This document shows positions 46,310 through 55,185 of a stretch of DNA of 64,000 bases, piece by piece; the first letter of the stretch is position 1, and each line of letters begins with the position of its first letter. Origin of the DNA: Patescibacteria group bacterium (lineage in GTDB: Bacteria; Patescibacteriota; Patescibacteriia; UBA2591; JAQWAS01). Below the pieces are notes generated by a model. It did not search any database. It was not told the DNA's origin and was given only the letters and a program-made list of their open reading frames with translations. Location: the NCBI GenBank assembly GCA_028707495.1, contig JAQWAS010000003.1, positions 47,711-111,710 of the forward strand, read 5' to 3'. A program made the translations under genes and the position numbers.

Positions 46310-47332
46310 ATGTTGAACTTAGACAATAAAAATAAAAAATTAATTTGGATTATTTTAGCGGTGGCGTTTTTGCCGATGTTTTTACAAAATAAATTTTTGC
46401 TTGGGCTGTTAATTGCTATTATAATTATTTATTTAATATTTAAAAAATTAAAAAACAAATCTATGGATAATCAACCCATTAATATAAGCAATTTTAAGGG
46501 TTTTAAAAATGCTAAGAAAATTTTATGGATAACCGTGCTGGTTGTTTTTGTTTTATGGTTGTTTTTGGCTTCAATTCAAATTGTCGATGCGGGCGAGACG
46601 GGAGTTTATTCTTTGTTTGGCAAGGTCAGCGACAATGAAAGATCATCAGGTTTCCATTTAATTATCCCCTTGGCTAAATTAACAAAAATGGGTATTCGGA
46701 CGGAAGAATATACGATGAGTATTATAAGTAACGAAGGTAAAAAAACTGGGGCAGACGCCATTACGGCTTTAACCAAAGAGGGTTTAAGCGTTGATTTAGA
46801 TATTACAGTTTTGTATCGTCTTAATGAAAATCAAGCTTCAGATGTTTATAAAAACGTAGGTTTAAATTACGAGGAAAAAATTATTCGACCAGCTATTCGC
46901 AGCACCATTCGTGAAGTTATAGCACAATACGAAGCTAAAGATATTTATTCAGAAAAAAGAGCTGAGGCAACGCAAGGCATTAAAATTAGTTTAGAGACTC
47001 AAATTAATCCATGTGGGATTATTATCGAAGAGGTCTTATTAAGAAATGTGGTTTTGCCAGCTAATTTAGCCAATTCAATTCAGGAAAAGCTTCAAGCAGA
47101 GCAGGAAGCTCAAAAATACGATTTCTTATTGCAAACAGAGAAAAAGGAAAAAGAACGTAAGATTATTGAAGCTGAAGGGCAGAGAGACTCTCAGGCAATT
47201 ATTAATCAAAGTTTAACCACTAATTATTTATATTATCAATATATTAAAGAGCTAGAAAATCGCGAAGGTACAATTTATGTGCCAACTAATCCAAGCACGG
47301 GCATGCCAATGTTTAGGGATGTTGGATACTAA
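46310..47332 (+). CDS. SPFH/prohibitin family membrane protein
   Basis: VDAGETGV..LFGKV, TKEGLSVDLDITVLYRL, IIEAEG. Confidence 0.9.
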   Translation: MLNLDNKNKKLIWIILAVAFLPMFLQNKFLLGLLIAIIIIYLIFKKLKNKSMDNQPINISNFKGFKNAKKILWITVLVVFVLWLFLASIQIVDAGETGVYSLFGKVSDNERSSGFHLIIPLAKLTKMGIRTEEYTMSIISNEGKKTGADAITALTKEGLSVDLDITVLYRLNENQASDVYKNVGLNYEEKIIRPAIRSTIREVIAQYEAKDIYSEKRAEATQGIKISLETQINPCGIIIEEVLLRNVVLPANLANSIQEKLQAEQEAQKYDFLLQTEKKEKERKIIEAEGQRDSQAIINQSLTTNYLYYQYIKELENREGTIYVPTNPSTGMPMFRDVGY

Positions 47333-47442
47333 AAAAAATTAAAATTTTAAATATCAAAAACTCCTCGTGTTGTGCGGGGAGTTTTTTGTAAAGGTGTCAT
47401 TGCGACTAGCCGATTTAGTAAGGAAGCAATTCTGTAAATTTG

Positions 47443-47563
47443 TGTCATCCTGAATTTATTTCAGGATCTATATTTAGAATAAACATTTTATTAAATAAAC
47501 GTTACAAGTATTATTAGATTCTGAAACATCCTCCGATTTGGCGGACTAGAGTTCAGAATGATA
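47443..47563. repeat. Third copy of the GTCATCCTGAATTTATTTCAGGATCT element, with the 21-nt insert
   Basis: Right arm AGATTCTGAAACA[TCCTCCGATTTGGCGGACTAG]AGTTCAGAATGA identical to 23883-23928. Confidence 0.85.
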
Positions 47564-47615
47564 CTTATTTAAGTCATATTTTTAAAATATTAAATCTATG
47601 CTAAAATAAAAGAAT

Positions 47616-48863
47616 ATGGCTCAAAAAATCAATTCGCAACAACCTTTAGCTGATCGCATGCGTCCACAATCTTTGGACGAGTTTTTAGGTCAAAACGAAA
47701 TAGTAGGTGATAATCGTTTACTGCGTCAAGCAATTGAAAATGATAAATTATTTTCAATGATTTTTTGGGGACCGCCAGGCTGTGGTAAAACAACTTTAGC
47801 GCGCTTGATTGCTAAATTAACCAAATCTGATTTTATTGAATTTTCAGCTGTTAGTTCAAATAAAGCTGATATTAAAAAAGTTATTCAACAGGCACAGATA
47901 AAATTTAAAGCCTATCAGCAATGTACGATTCTATTTATTGATGAGTTGCATCGATTTAATAAAGCTCAGCAAGATTTTTTTCTACCGTATGTTGAAGACG
48001 GTACAATTATTTTAATTGGTGCTACAACTGAAAATCCATCTTTTGAGGTTATTAGTCCTTTATTGTCTCGAATGAAAGTTTTTGTTTTTAAACCTTTATT
48101 AGATCAAGATATTATAAAAATTTTACAACAAGCTTTAAAAAATAAAGAGCGGGGCTTGGGGAAAAACAAAATTAAAATAGATAAAAAGACTTTAGAATTT
48201 TTAGCCCAGATGAGTGGGGGAGATGCTCGGACAGCTTTGAACGCTTTAGATTTAGCAGTGAGTTTAGCTCAGAAAAACTCTCAAGGTGAAGTTGGAATTA
48301 CTTTAGAAAATATTAAAGAAGCCTTACAGGATAAAGCTTTAATATATGACAAAAAAGGCGAACAGCATTATAATATAATTTCAGCTTTTATAAAATCATT
48401 GCGTGGCTCTGATCCTGATGCAGCTTTATATTGGCTAGCCAGAATGTTAGAAGCTGGTGAAGATGCGCGTTTCATCGCCCGCCGAATGGTAATTTTAGCT
48501 TCGGAAGATATTGGAAATGCCTGTCCGACAGCTTTGGTTGTTGCTACGGCTACAGCTCAGGCGGTGGAATATGTAGGTTTACCAGAAGCACAATTGAACT
48601 TAGCTCAGGCTGCAACATATTTAGCTAGCGCACCTAAGTCAAATTCTTCATATTTGGGCTTATTAGCTGCCAAAGAAGATGTTAAAAATGAGGGAGATTT
48701 ACCCGTGCCATTGCACTTACGTAATGCCTCAACAGATTTATTAAAAAAATTAAACTACGGTAAGGACTATAAATATCCGCACAACTTTGAAAATTCTCAA
48801 GTTGATCAACAGTATTTGCCTGATAAATTAAAAAATAAAAAATATTATAAATTTAAAAAATAA
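47616..48863 (+). CDS. rarA: Replication-associated recombination protein A (MgsA)
   Basis: PLADRMRP, GPPGCGKT, IDELHRFNKAQQD, GATTENP, SAFIKSLRGSDPDA. Confidence 0.96.
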   Translation: MAQKINSQQPLADRMRPQSLDEFLGQNEIVGDNRLLRQAIENDKLFSMIFWGPPGCGKTTLARLIAKLTKSDFIEFSAVSSNKADIKKVIQQAQIKFKAYQQCTILFIDELHRFNKAQQDFFLPYVEDGTIILIGATTENPSFEVISPLLSRMKVFVFKPLLDQDIIKILQQALKNKERGLGKNKIKIDKKTLEFLAQMSGGDARTALNALDLAVSLAQKNSQGEVGITLENIKEALQDKALIYDKKGEQHYNIISAFIKSLRGSDPDAALYWLARMLEAGEDARFIARRMVILASEDIGNACPTALVVATATAQAVEYVGLPEAQLNLAQAATYLASAPKSNSSYLGLLAAKEDVKNEGDLPVPLHLRNASTDLLKKLNYGKDYKYPHNFENSQVDQQYLPDKLKNKKYYKFKK

Positions 48864-48872
48864 AATGGCCCA

Positions 48873-49310
48873 TCACGAGGACGGGCCGAATTTTCTGTAT
48901 TTTATTCGATAATAAATATACGAAGTTATGACAGACAGAAAGGTAGAGGTTGTTAAAGCAGCTAGGATATTTATAATAATCATTTTGGGCATGTTACCTA
49001 TGGCAATCCAAATGATTACGAAAGAAATTAAGCTACCTGCGCCAATAATATACAGATTGAGGAGATAGTGATCTTTAAATCTTTTGATGGGGATATAGGG
49101 TGTATTATTATAAAATCCCCAATGAAACATGGGACACATAAAGAGGGCATTTAATACGCCCAAAGTGAAACCAAAGGCTAAATGAACCCTTTTAAGTAGA
49201 TTCATGCCTATTACATGATTAGGCCAGAGGTGATAACATATAGCTAAAAGAATAGCTATTCCAGTGGAAACTAACAGAAACCTTTTCCCCCAACGATTCA
49301 TTTCTTCCAT
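48873..49310 (-). CDS. Orphan 4-TM membrane protein
   Basis: AAGGAG SD before ATG 49310 (MEEMNRW); four hydrophobic segments. Confidence 0.72.
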   Translation of the reverse strand: MEEMNRWGKRFLLVSTGIAILLAICYHLWPNHVIGMNLLKRVHLAFGFTLGVLNALFMCPMFHWGFYNNTPYIPIKRFKDHYLLNLYIIGAGSLISFVIIWIAIGNMPKMIIINILAALTTSTFLSVITSYIYYRIKYRKFGPSS

Positions 49311-49360
49311 GTTTTCTCCTTTTGTATGTTTTTTTGTAATGAGCATAGTAATTCATTTTT

Positions 49361-49389
49361 AGTTTAGCGTAATTTTTTAAATATGTCAA
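49361..49389 (-). promoter_or_regulatory. Cassette-type promoter overlapping the start of the divergent gene
   Basis: TTGACA-17 nt-TAAACT. Confidence 0.75.
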
Positions 49390-50234
49390 GAGCGAGTTCA
49401 AAAATTAGATTATTTTTAATTAGTGTAATTTCTTTTTTATTGATTCAAGTTTTAGCTTTATTTTCTGGCCAAACGATTTTAGAAAAAGTTACTACTCGAA
49501 ACAATCAAGCGATGACTTTACCTTGGTATACTTTTATAATTTATTTTGCGATTGGCACTCTTTTAATTATTGTTTTTATTAAATTTTTTAAGCGCGGACA
49601 TTTTTTTAAATTTCTTTTCGGCTTTATGCTGTGGTGGGGAACAATGAAATTTACGGGGTTATTTTTATCGTGGGAAGTCAGCATTGCTTTATCGGTGGCC
49701 GGAGTTTATTTATATTTTAAATATCAAAAAATTTGGTTACATAATATTTTATTAGTTATGCCAATTATTATGGCCGGATGTATCTTGGGTTTCAATTTTC
49801 AGCCAAGAGATTTAATGATTGCTTTATTAATTTTAGCTATTTATGATTATATTGCGGTAATTAAAATTAAATCAATGATTAAAATGTTTACCAGCTTGGC
49901 GGAGAAAAAAACTATTATGGCTTTAATTATAACGGATAGCTGGCAAAATTTAAATTATCGATTAAAAGATTTAAAGATTTATTTAGTTAATCCAGATCGA
50001 CGTTATTCTTTTCTAGGGACTGGTGACTTGGCAATACCAATTATTTTTAGCATTTCAGTTTTAACACGTTATGGTTTGTGGGGTGGCTATTATGTGGCGT
50101 TAGGTGCTACGGCTGGTTTAGCTTTATGCAATTATGTTTTGCTAAAATATAATCGTCCCTTGCCGGGTTTACCATTTATTGGTTTGGGCTGTGTACTGGG
50201 TTATTTGGTTTATAATTTAAGTATATTATTTTAA
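49383..50234 (+). CDS. Presenilin/signal-peptide-peptidase-like intramembrane aspartyl protease (A22)
   Basis: YD (AIYDYIAV), GxGD (LGTGD), PLPGLP motifs; about 9 TM segments. Confidence 0.85.
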   Translation: MSRASSKIRLFLISVISFLLIQVLALFSGQTILEKVTTRNNQAMTLPWYTFIIYFAIGTLLIIVFIKFFKRGHFFKFLFGFMLWWGTMKFTGLFLSWEVSIALSVAGVYLYFKYQKIWLHNILLVMPIIMAGCILGFNFQPRDLMIALLILAIYDYIAVIKIKSMIKMFTSLAEKKTIMALIITDSWQNLNYRLKDLKIYLVNPDRRYSFLGTGDLAIPIIFSISVLTRYGLWGGYYVALGATAGLALCNYVLLKYNRPLPGLPFIGLGCVLGYLVYNLSILF

Positions 50235-50782
50235 TGTTTAAAAAAAACAAGCCTACAATTTTATTACATGCTTGTTGTGCTGGTTGTGCTAGTCAGGTGA
50301 TTGAATTTTTAAAACCAGATTTTGACATTACGGTTTATTTTTACAATCCCAATATTCAACCCAAAGAAGAATATAATAAACGTTTGCAAGATATACGTAA
50401 AATTTGTTTGATTTACAATATTAAATTAATTGAAGGCGAATATGAGATTGAAAAATGGCTAGGTTTTATCAATGGTCATGAGCTAGATGTTGAGGGTGGA
50501 GAACGTTGTAATTTATGTTTTAAATTTAGATTAGAAAAAACAGTTCAGCAAGCCAAGAAATTGGGATTTAAAAATTTTACCACCACTTTGAGTATCAGCC
50601 CCCATAAAAATTTTTCCAAAATTAAAGAAATTGGCTTGGATTTAGAATCTAAATATGATATTATATTTTATAGTGCTGACTTTAAAAAACAAGATGGTTT
50701 TAAAAAAAGTCTTGAATTAAGTCAAAAATATAATTTATATCGTCAAAATTATTGTGGTTGTGTGTTTAGTTTAAATAAATAA
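50234..50782 (+). CDS. queH: Epoxyqueuosine reductase QueH
   Basis: LLHACCAGC, YFYNPNI, RCNLCF, TTLSISPHK, YRQNYCGC. Confidence 0.93.
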   Translation: MFKKNKPTILLHACCAGCASQVIEFLKPDFDITVYFYNPNIQPKEEYNKRLQDIRKICLIYNIKLIEGEYEIEKWLGFINGHELDVEGGERCNLCFKFRLEKTVQQAKKLGFKNFTTTLSISPHKNFSKIKEIGLDLESKYDIIFYSADFKKQDGFKKSLELSQKYNLYRQNYCGCVFSLNK

Positions 50783-50786
50783 AATT

Positions 50787-51722
50787 ATGCCTAAGTTTAA
50801 AAAAATATTAGTTACTGGCGGAGCGGGTTTTATTGGGAGTCATGTTGTTAATGATTTAATTCACGCTCAATATAAAGTCGTGGTTTTAGATAATTTAAGC
50901 ACTGGCTATAAAAAATTAATTTCACCTCGGGCCGAGTTTATTAAAGGTGATTTACGCCAAATTAAATTTATAAAAAAAGCCTTAGAAGGATGTGAAGCGG
51001 TTATTCATTTGGCCGCTCATAGTGTTGTGCCGTATTCGGTTAAGCGACCTAGATTTACTATTGAACAGAATTTAGCCGGAGGGGCAAATTTATTAGAAGC
51101 GTGCCGTAAACAAAAAATTAAAAAATTAATTTTTTCTTCCACAGCTTCTATTTATGGTGAACCAGATAATGTTCCCATTAAAGAAGATGATGCCAAATAT
51201 CCCAATCACGCCTATGGTGCATCTAAATTAGCTTTTGAAAAATTATTGAGCGCTTACTATCAAAGTTATAATTTAAATAGCATTGCCTTGCGTTATTTTA
51301 ATGCTTATGGCCCCAACGAGATGCATTGTCCAGAAACTCATGCAATCCCGTTATTTATCCAAGCAATTTTGAAACAAGAACCAATTCAAATTTATGGTGA
51401 TGGTTTACAAATTAGAGATTATGTCTATGTGAAAGACATTAGCAAGGCACATGTTTTAGTTTTGGAATCAGATATTAAATTTGATTATTTTAATATTGGT
51501 TCGCAAAAGGGCACATCAGTTTTGAATTTAGTAAAAACTATTTTTAAGGTTATGGGCGTTGAAACTAAAATTAAATATTTACCTCATCGCGATGGCGATG
51601 TTCAGCAACTTATTGCCGATACGCATAAAATCAAAAAAGTTTTAGGTTGGCAGCCAGATTATACTTTGGAAGCGGGCCTGAACGAAACGGCTGATTGGTT
51701 TAGTCAAAAATTAAAAATTTAA
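50787..51722 (+). CDS. NAD-dependent epimerase/dehydratase (GalE-like)
   Basis: TGGAGFIG, SSTASIYG, YGASK, LRYFNAYG, RDYVYV. Confidence 0.9.
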   Translation: MPKFKKILVTGGAGFIGSHVVNDLIHAQYKVVVLDNLSTGYKKLISPRAEFIKGDLRQIKFIKKALEGCEAVIHLAAHSVVPYSVKRPRFTIEQNLAGGANLLEACRKQKIKKLIFSSTASIYGEPDNVPIKEDDAKYPNHAYGASKLAFEKLLSAYYQSYNLNSIALRYFNAYGPNEMHCPETHAIPLFIQAILKQEPIQIYGDGLQIRDYVYVKDISKAHVLVLESDIKFDYFNIGSQKGTSVLNLVKTIFKVMGVETKIKYLPHRDGDVQQLIADTHKIKKVLGWQPDYTLEAGLNETADWFSQKLKI

Positions 51723-51734
51723 TTAATATATTTT

Positions 51735-52094
51735 ATGAATATAGAAAAATGGATTGACATTAAGGGACGGATTAAAGAGAAATTTGAAATTTTAGATGAG
51801 CAAGAAGTAGAAGAAGAAATTGGCCAAGATCAACATAATCAAATCGTTAAAGCTAAAAAAGAAATTATAGAATTTCAAGGGCCTTTGGGAAAAATTAAAT
51901 TAGTTTTTAGCCAACATCCACCTTTGCTAGAAAAAAAAGCTGACTACTCGCGACGGATTGGCGGACAAATTGATGTTAAATATATTTATGATATTCAGCA
52001 ACCTCATGTCGCGTCTTTTAGTGTTTATCAATGGGATGAAGGTCAACAAGACTGGCAGGAACTTAAGATTCAAGAAGAGATGTTTGTTTTTTAA
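51735..52094 (+). CDS. Hypothetical protein
   Basis: 119-aa ORF within the operon. Confidence 0.7.
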   Translation: MNIEKWIDIKGRIKEKFEILDEQEVEEEIGQDQHNQIVKAKKEIIEFQGPLGKIKLVFSQHPPLLEKKADYSRRIGGQIDVKYIYDIQQPHVASFSVYQWDEGQQDWQELKIQEEMFVF

Positions 52095-52105
52095 TTTTTA
52101 AGCTA

Positions 52106-52873
52106 ATGAAATTTTTTAAAAAATATTTAGGCTTATTTTTAGGATTAATTATTTTTGTTAGTTTAGAGTTGTTATTTAAAAAACAATTTTTAGTCTGGTG
52201 GATTTTATGTTTAAATGTATTTGCGGTAGTAATTATTTATCAGCAATTAATTAAAACACTTGAATTTAAAAAAAAGATTATTCTAATTTTAAGTCCGGTT
52301 ATTTTTTATGTGAGTTCTTTTTTATTTTTAATTTTAATTGTGCCCCAGGCGGCTACAATTTATAAACATACTTTGGTGGTTTTAATTAGTATAATTTTAG
52401 GTATGAATTGTAGCATTTGGCAACGTTGGTTTTTGTGGTCCAGAATTAATCAATCTTATTTGCAAGGCAATTTTCAATTTTTAAATTTAGTTAGCGTTTT
52501 TTTAAGCACCGCTGTGTTCTTAAATATAACCTTTTTATTACAAGTTCCATTTTGGTTTAACCAGTTTTTATTAGCTTTTATAATTATTATTTTAACTTAT
52601 CAATTATTAATTATTCAGTGTGATTTTTCGGTTAAAGCTTATTTATTTTTGCCGATTTTGGGTTTAATTTTTATAGAACTTTTTTGGATAGTCAGTTTAT
52701 TGCCAATTAATTTTTATTCTGGTGCCATGTTGATGGCTTTGTTTTTTTATTTATTTTCAGGTTTAAGTCTAGACTTTTTGAGTGATCAACTTAAAAAAAA
52801 TAATTTTAAAAAATATATTATAATTAGTTTAGTAATTTTAATTTTAGTATTAACTAGCGCTAAATGGTTTTAA
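52106..52873 (+). CDS. Hypothetical polytopic membrane protein
   Basis: About 8-9 hydrophobic segments; ELFWIVSLLP. Confidence 0.7.
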   Translation: MKFFKKYLGLFLGLIIFVSLELLFKKQFLVWWILCLNVFAVVIIYQQLIKTLEFKKKIILILSPVIFYVSSFLFLILIVPQAATIYKHTLVVLISIILGMNCSIWQRWFLWSRINQSYLQGNFQFLNLVSVFLSTAVFLNITFLLQVPFWFNQFLLAFIIIILTYQLLIIQCDFSVKAYLFLPILGLIFIELFWIVSLLPINFYSGAMLMALFFYLFSGLSLDFLSDQLKKNNFKKYIIISLVILILVLTSAKWF

Positions 52874-52891
52874 AAATTAAAAAATAAAAAT

Positions 52892-54127
52892 ATGAAAAAT
52901 AAAAAAGAAAAAGGACAACATAAATTAAAAGACTTTTTTTTATCACATACTACCACCAAAATTGAACAGCCAATCAAGGTTAGATGGGGTTGGTTAGTGT
53001 TATTAGCTATAATTTTAGGTTTAGCTGGTGGTTTTGTCGGTACTTTTGTTTTTCTGTCGTCTAAAAATATTACCATCCCACTTCTAGGCGAATATGATAT
53101 TGAGGAGCACTTGCCTAAACGTGAAATTACAATTCAAACTCACGAAAAAGTCACCGTAACCGAGGATATTAGAATTCAAGACTTGGCTGATCGTCTAATT
53201 AAACAACAGGTTGAAATTTATTTAGAAAAAGCATCTAGTCAAAATTTATTAGATAATTTTTATTTACCAATTGAAAGTTTGGGTCGAGCTTTTATTTTGT
53301 CTAGTGATGGTTGGTTGGTGAGTCATAAGAATATTTTTCCAAAATTAGAAAAACAGTATAATTTAGAAAATTTAGATTTAGTGGCGGTAACTACGGAAAA
53401 ATATATTTACCATGTGAATAAAATTTTGATTGATCCGTTAACGGAAATAGTTTTTATGAAAATTCAGGCGGAGAATTTACCAGTTACTATGTTAATTAAT
53501 GGTGAAGATTTAAATCCGGGTGAAGCTATTTTAAGTTTTAGCCAACAGGGCTTTTTGGAAACCGGTCGTTTACAACAATTAAATTATCAAGAGTTAAAAG
53601 AAACTGAATCTTTAGTTAAAAATTTAAAAGATTTTTCAGAGTATTTGTTGGTGGGTGATAAATTTAATCAAGAATTTGTTGGTTCGGCCATTTTTAATTT
53701 AGATAGTAAAATTCTGGGTATTATTGATCAGGCTGGTCGAGCTGTGCCGGTAAGTTATTTAAAAAATATTCTTGGCCAGGTTTTAGAGTCGGGTCAAAAT
53801 TTAGATTCAGGAGACGAATTAATTCGACCATGGATAGCAATTGATTATTTGGAATTTTCACAGTTGGCTGGTTTACAAAACACGGATTATGTTGAATATC
53901 GTGATGGTGTTTTAATTTATGGTGATCCGGACAAGACAACATTGGCTTATACGTTAGGTTTAAGAAATAAAGACATTATTCTAAAGATTAATAATGACAC
54001 AATCAACAATGAACACACTTTTCTAAAATTAATTAATGAATATAATTCTAACTCTGAAGTTGAATTAACTGTCGTTAATCAAGAGCAAGAACGCAAAGTT
54101 AAAATCAAACTCGGCGCGGTTGAATAA
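52892..54127 (+). CDS. HtrA/DegP-like protein (TM + trypsin-like + PDZ), catalytic motif degenerate
   Basis: GRAFILSSDGWLVS, DPLTEIVF, FVGSAIFNLDSKILGI, GLRNKDIILKIN. Confidence 0.8.
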   Translation: MKNKKEKGQHKLKDFFLSHTTTKIEQPIKVRWGWLVLLAIILGLAGGFVGTFVFLSSKNITIPLLGEYDIEEHLPKREITIQTHEKVTVTEDIRIQDLADRLIKQQVEIYLEKASSQNLLDNFYLPIESLGRAFILSSDGWLVSHKNIFPKLEKQYNLENLDLVAVTTEKYIYHVNKILIDPLTEIVFMKIQAENLPVTMLINGEDLNPGEAILSFSQQGFLETGRLQQLNYQELKETESLVKNLKDFSEYLLVGDKFNQEFVGSAIFNLDSKILGIIDQAGRAVPVSYLKNILGQVLESGQNLDSGDELIRPWIAIDYLEFSQLAGLQNTDYVEYRDGVLIYGDPDKTTLAYTLGLRNKDIILKINNDTINNEHTFLKLINEYNSNSEVELTVVNQEQERKVKIKLGAVE

Positions 54128-54190
54128 AATTAGATTATTTAAATTTTAAAAAGCCGGGGGTTTCTCCGGCTTTTTGATTTGAGTTGTTAT

Positions 54191-54880
54191 TTATCGACCG
54201 ATAGCCTCTCCAAGAAGTGAGACATCCCCATCGTTAGAGATTTCGTATGATATGAGAGTCTCGGTTGCCACGTATCTATCGCCGGGTGAATCAATAATAC
54301 GAGTTATGTGGACTATTCTATCTTTTGGTATACTCCAGCTTTCAATCTGAACACGTTCGTCAGTTTGGGGTTCAATAAAATACCAAGAAGAAAAATGCGT
54401 ATAGTCCTCCCCGATCAAGACCGCGTTTATGCCATGATTTTCATGCGAATTGTTGTCTTTTGTCATTACTTTCACAAAACAAACAGGAATATCATGGTCA
54501 TAGCCAGCTTTATATAATTCAGCTGAAAAACATCCACACGACCGTCTTTGACCAGAGGAAGTATAACGATGTTCATCTGTTTTGTCTGTTGCGAGAAAGG
54601 TTTCTATCCTTTTTATGCGTTCTTCTTCTCCTAATTCTCGCCAATAATCAGGCATGATGTGCGATTTGTTTTCAGCGACTTTGTATGATTCCCATTCCTG
54701 ATATTCAGCCTCGCTCATAGCCACCCCATCCACAAGGTATGGTTTTCTATTAGCTTTATATTTCTGATATTCCTCTTCGTTCATGGTTACTCCATTCACG
54801 AGATAGTAGTGGGTTGCCATCAGACTACCAATCAGAAGCCCGAGCAGAAGAATAACTACAACTACATTTGTCTTTCTCAT
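54191..54880 (-). CDS. Orphan exported protein with putative transglutaminase/papain-like Cys-His-acid triad
   Basis: Signal/anchor helix; FLATDKTD, SCGCFS, HGINAV, FIEPQTD; AAGGAG SD. Confidence 0.7.
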   Translation of the reverse strand: MRKTNVVVVILLLGLLIGSLMATHYYLVNGVTMNEEEYQKYKANRKPYLVDGVAMSEAEYQEWESYKVAENKSHIMPDYWRELGEEERIKRIETFLATDKTDEHRYTSSGQRRSCGCFSAELYKAGYDHDIPVCFVKVMTKDNNSHENHGINAVLIGEDYTHFSSWYFIEPQTDERVQIESWSIPKDRIVHITRIIDSPGDRYVATETLISYEISNDGDVSLLGEAIGR

Positions 54881-54947
54881 TTTTTCTCCTTTGAATATTT
54901 TTTTTGTCGATAATTAATATCAATGTACAATGTTTATTTATATATTT

Positions 54948-54976
54948 ATCTTAGCATAGATTTTAATTCTTGTCAA
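54948..54976 (-). promoter_or_regulatory. Cassette-type promoter
   Basis: TTGACA-17 nt-TAAGAT. Confidence 0.8.
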
Positions 54977-55185
54977 GCTTTGTATTGTGGATAATTTATA
55001 ATATAGTTATAGTTTGATTCAAGAATTAAAAAATTTTAGATTTTTTATTTAAATTTTAAATTTTTGATTTTTATATTTTCTTTTATTCTGCTATACTAAG
55101 AGTATAGGATTATTAAATTTAAATAAAACAAGAGCGTAAAATAAAAATAAAATTAAGTGAAAATTTAAATCAAAATTAATTAAAT

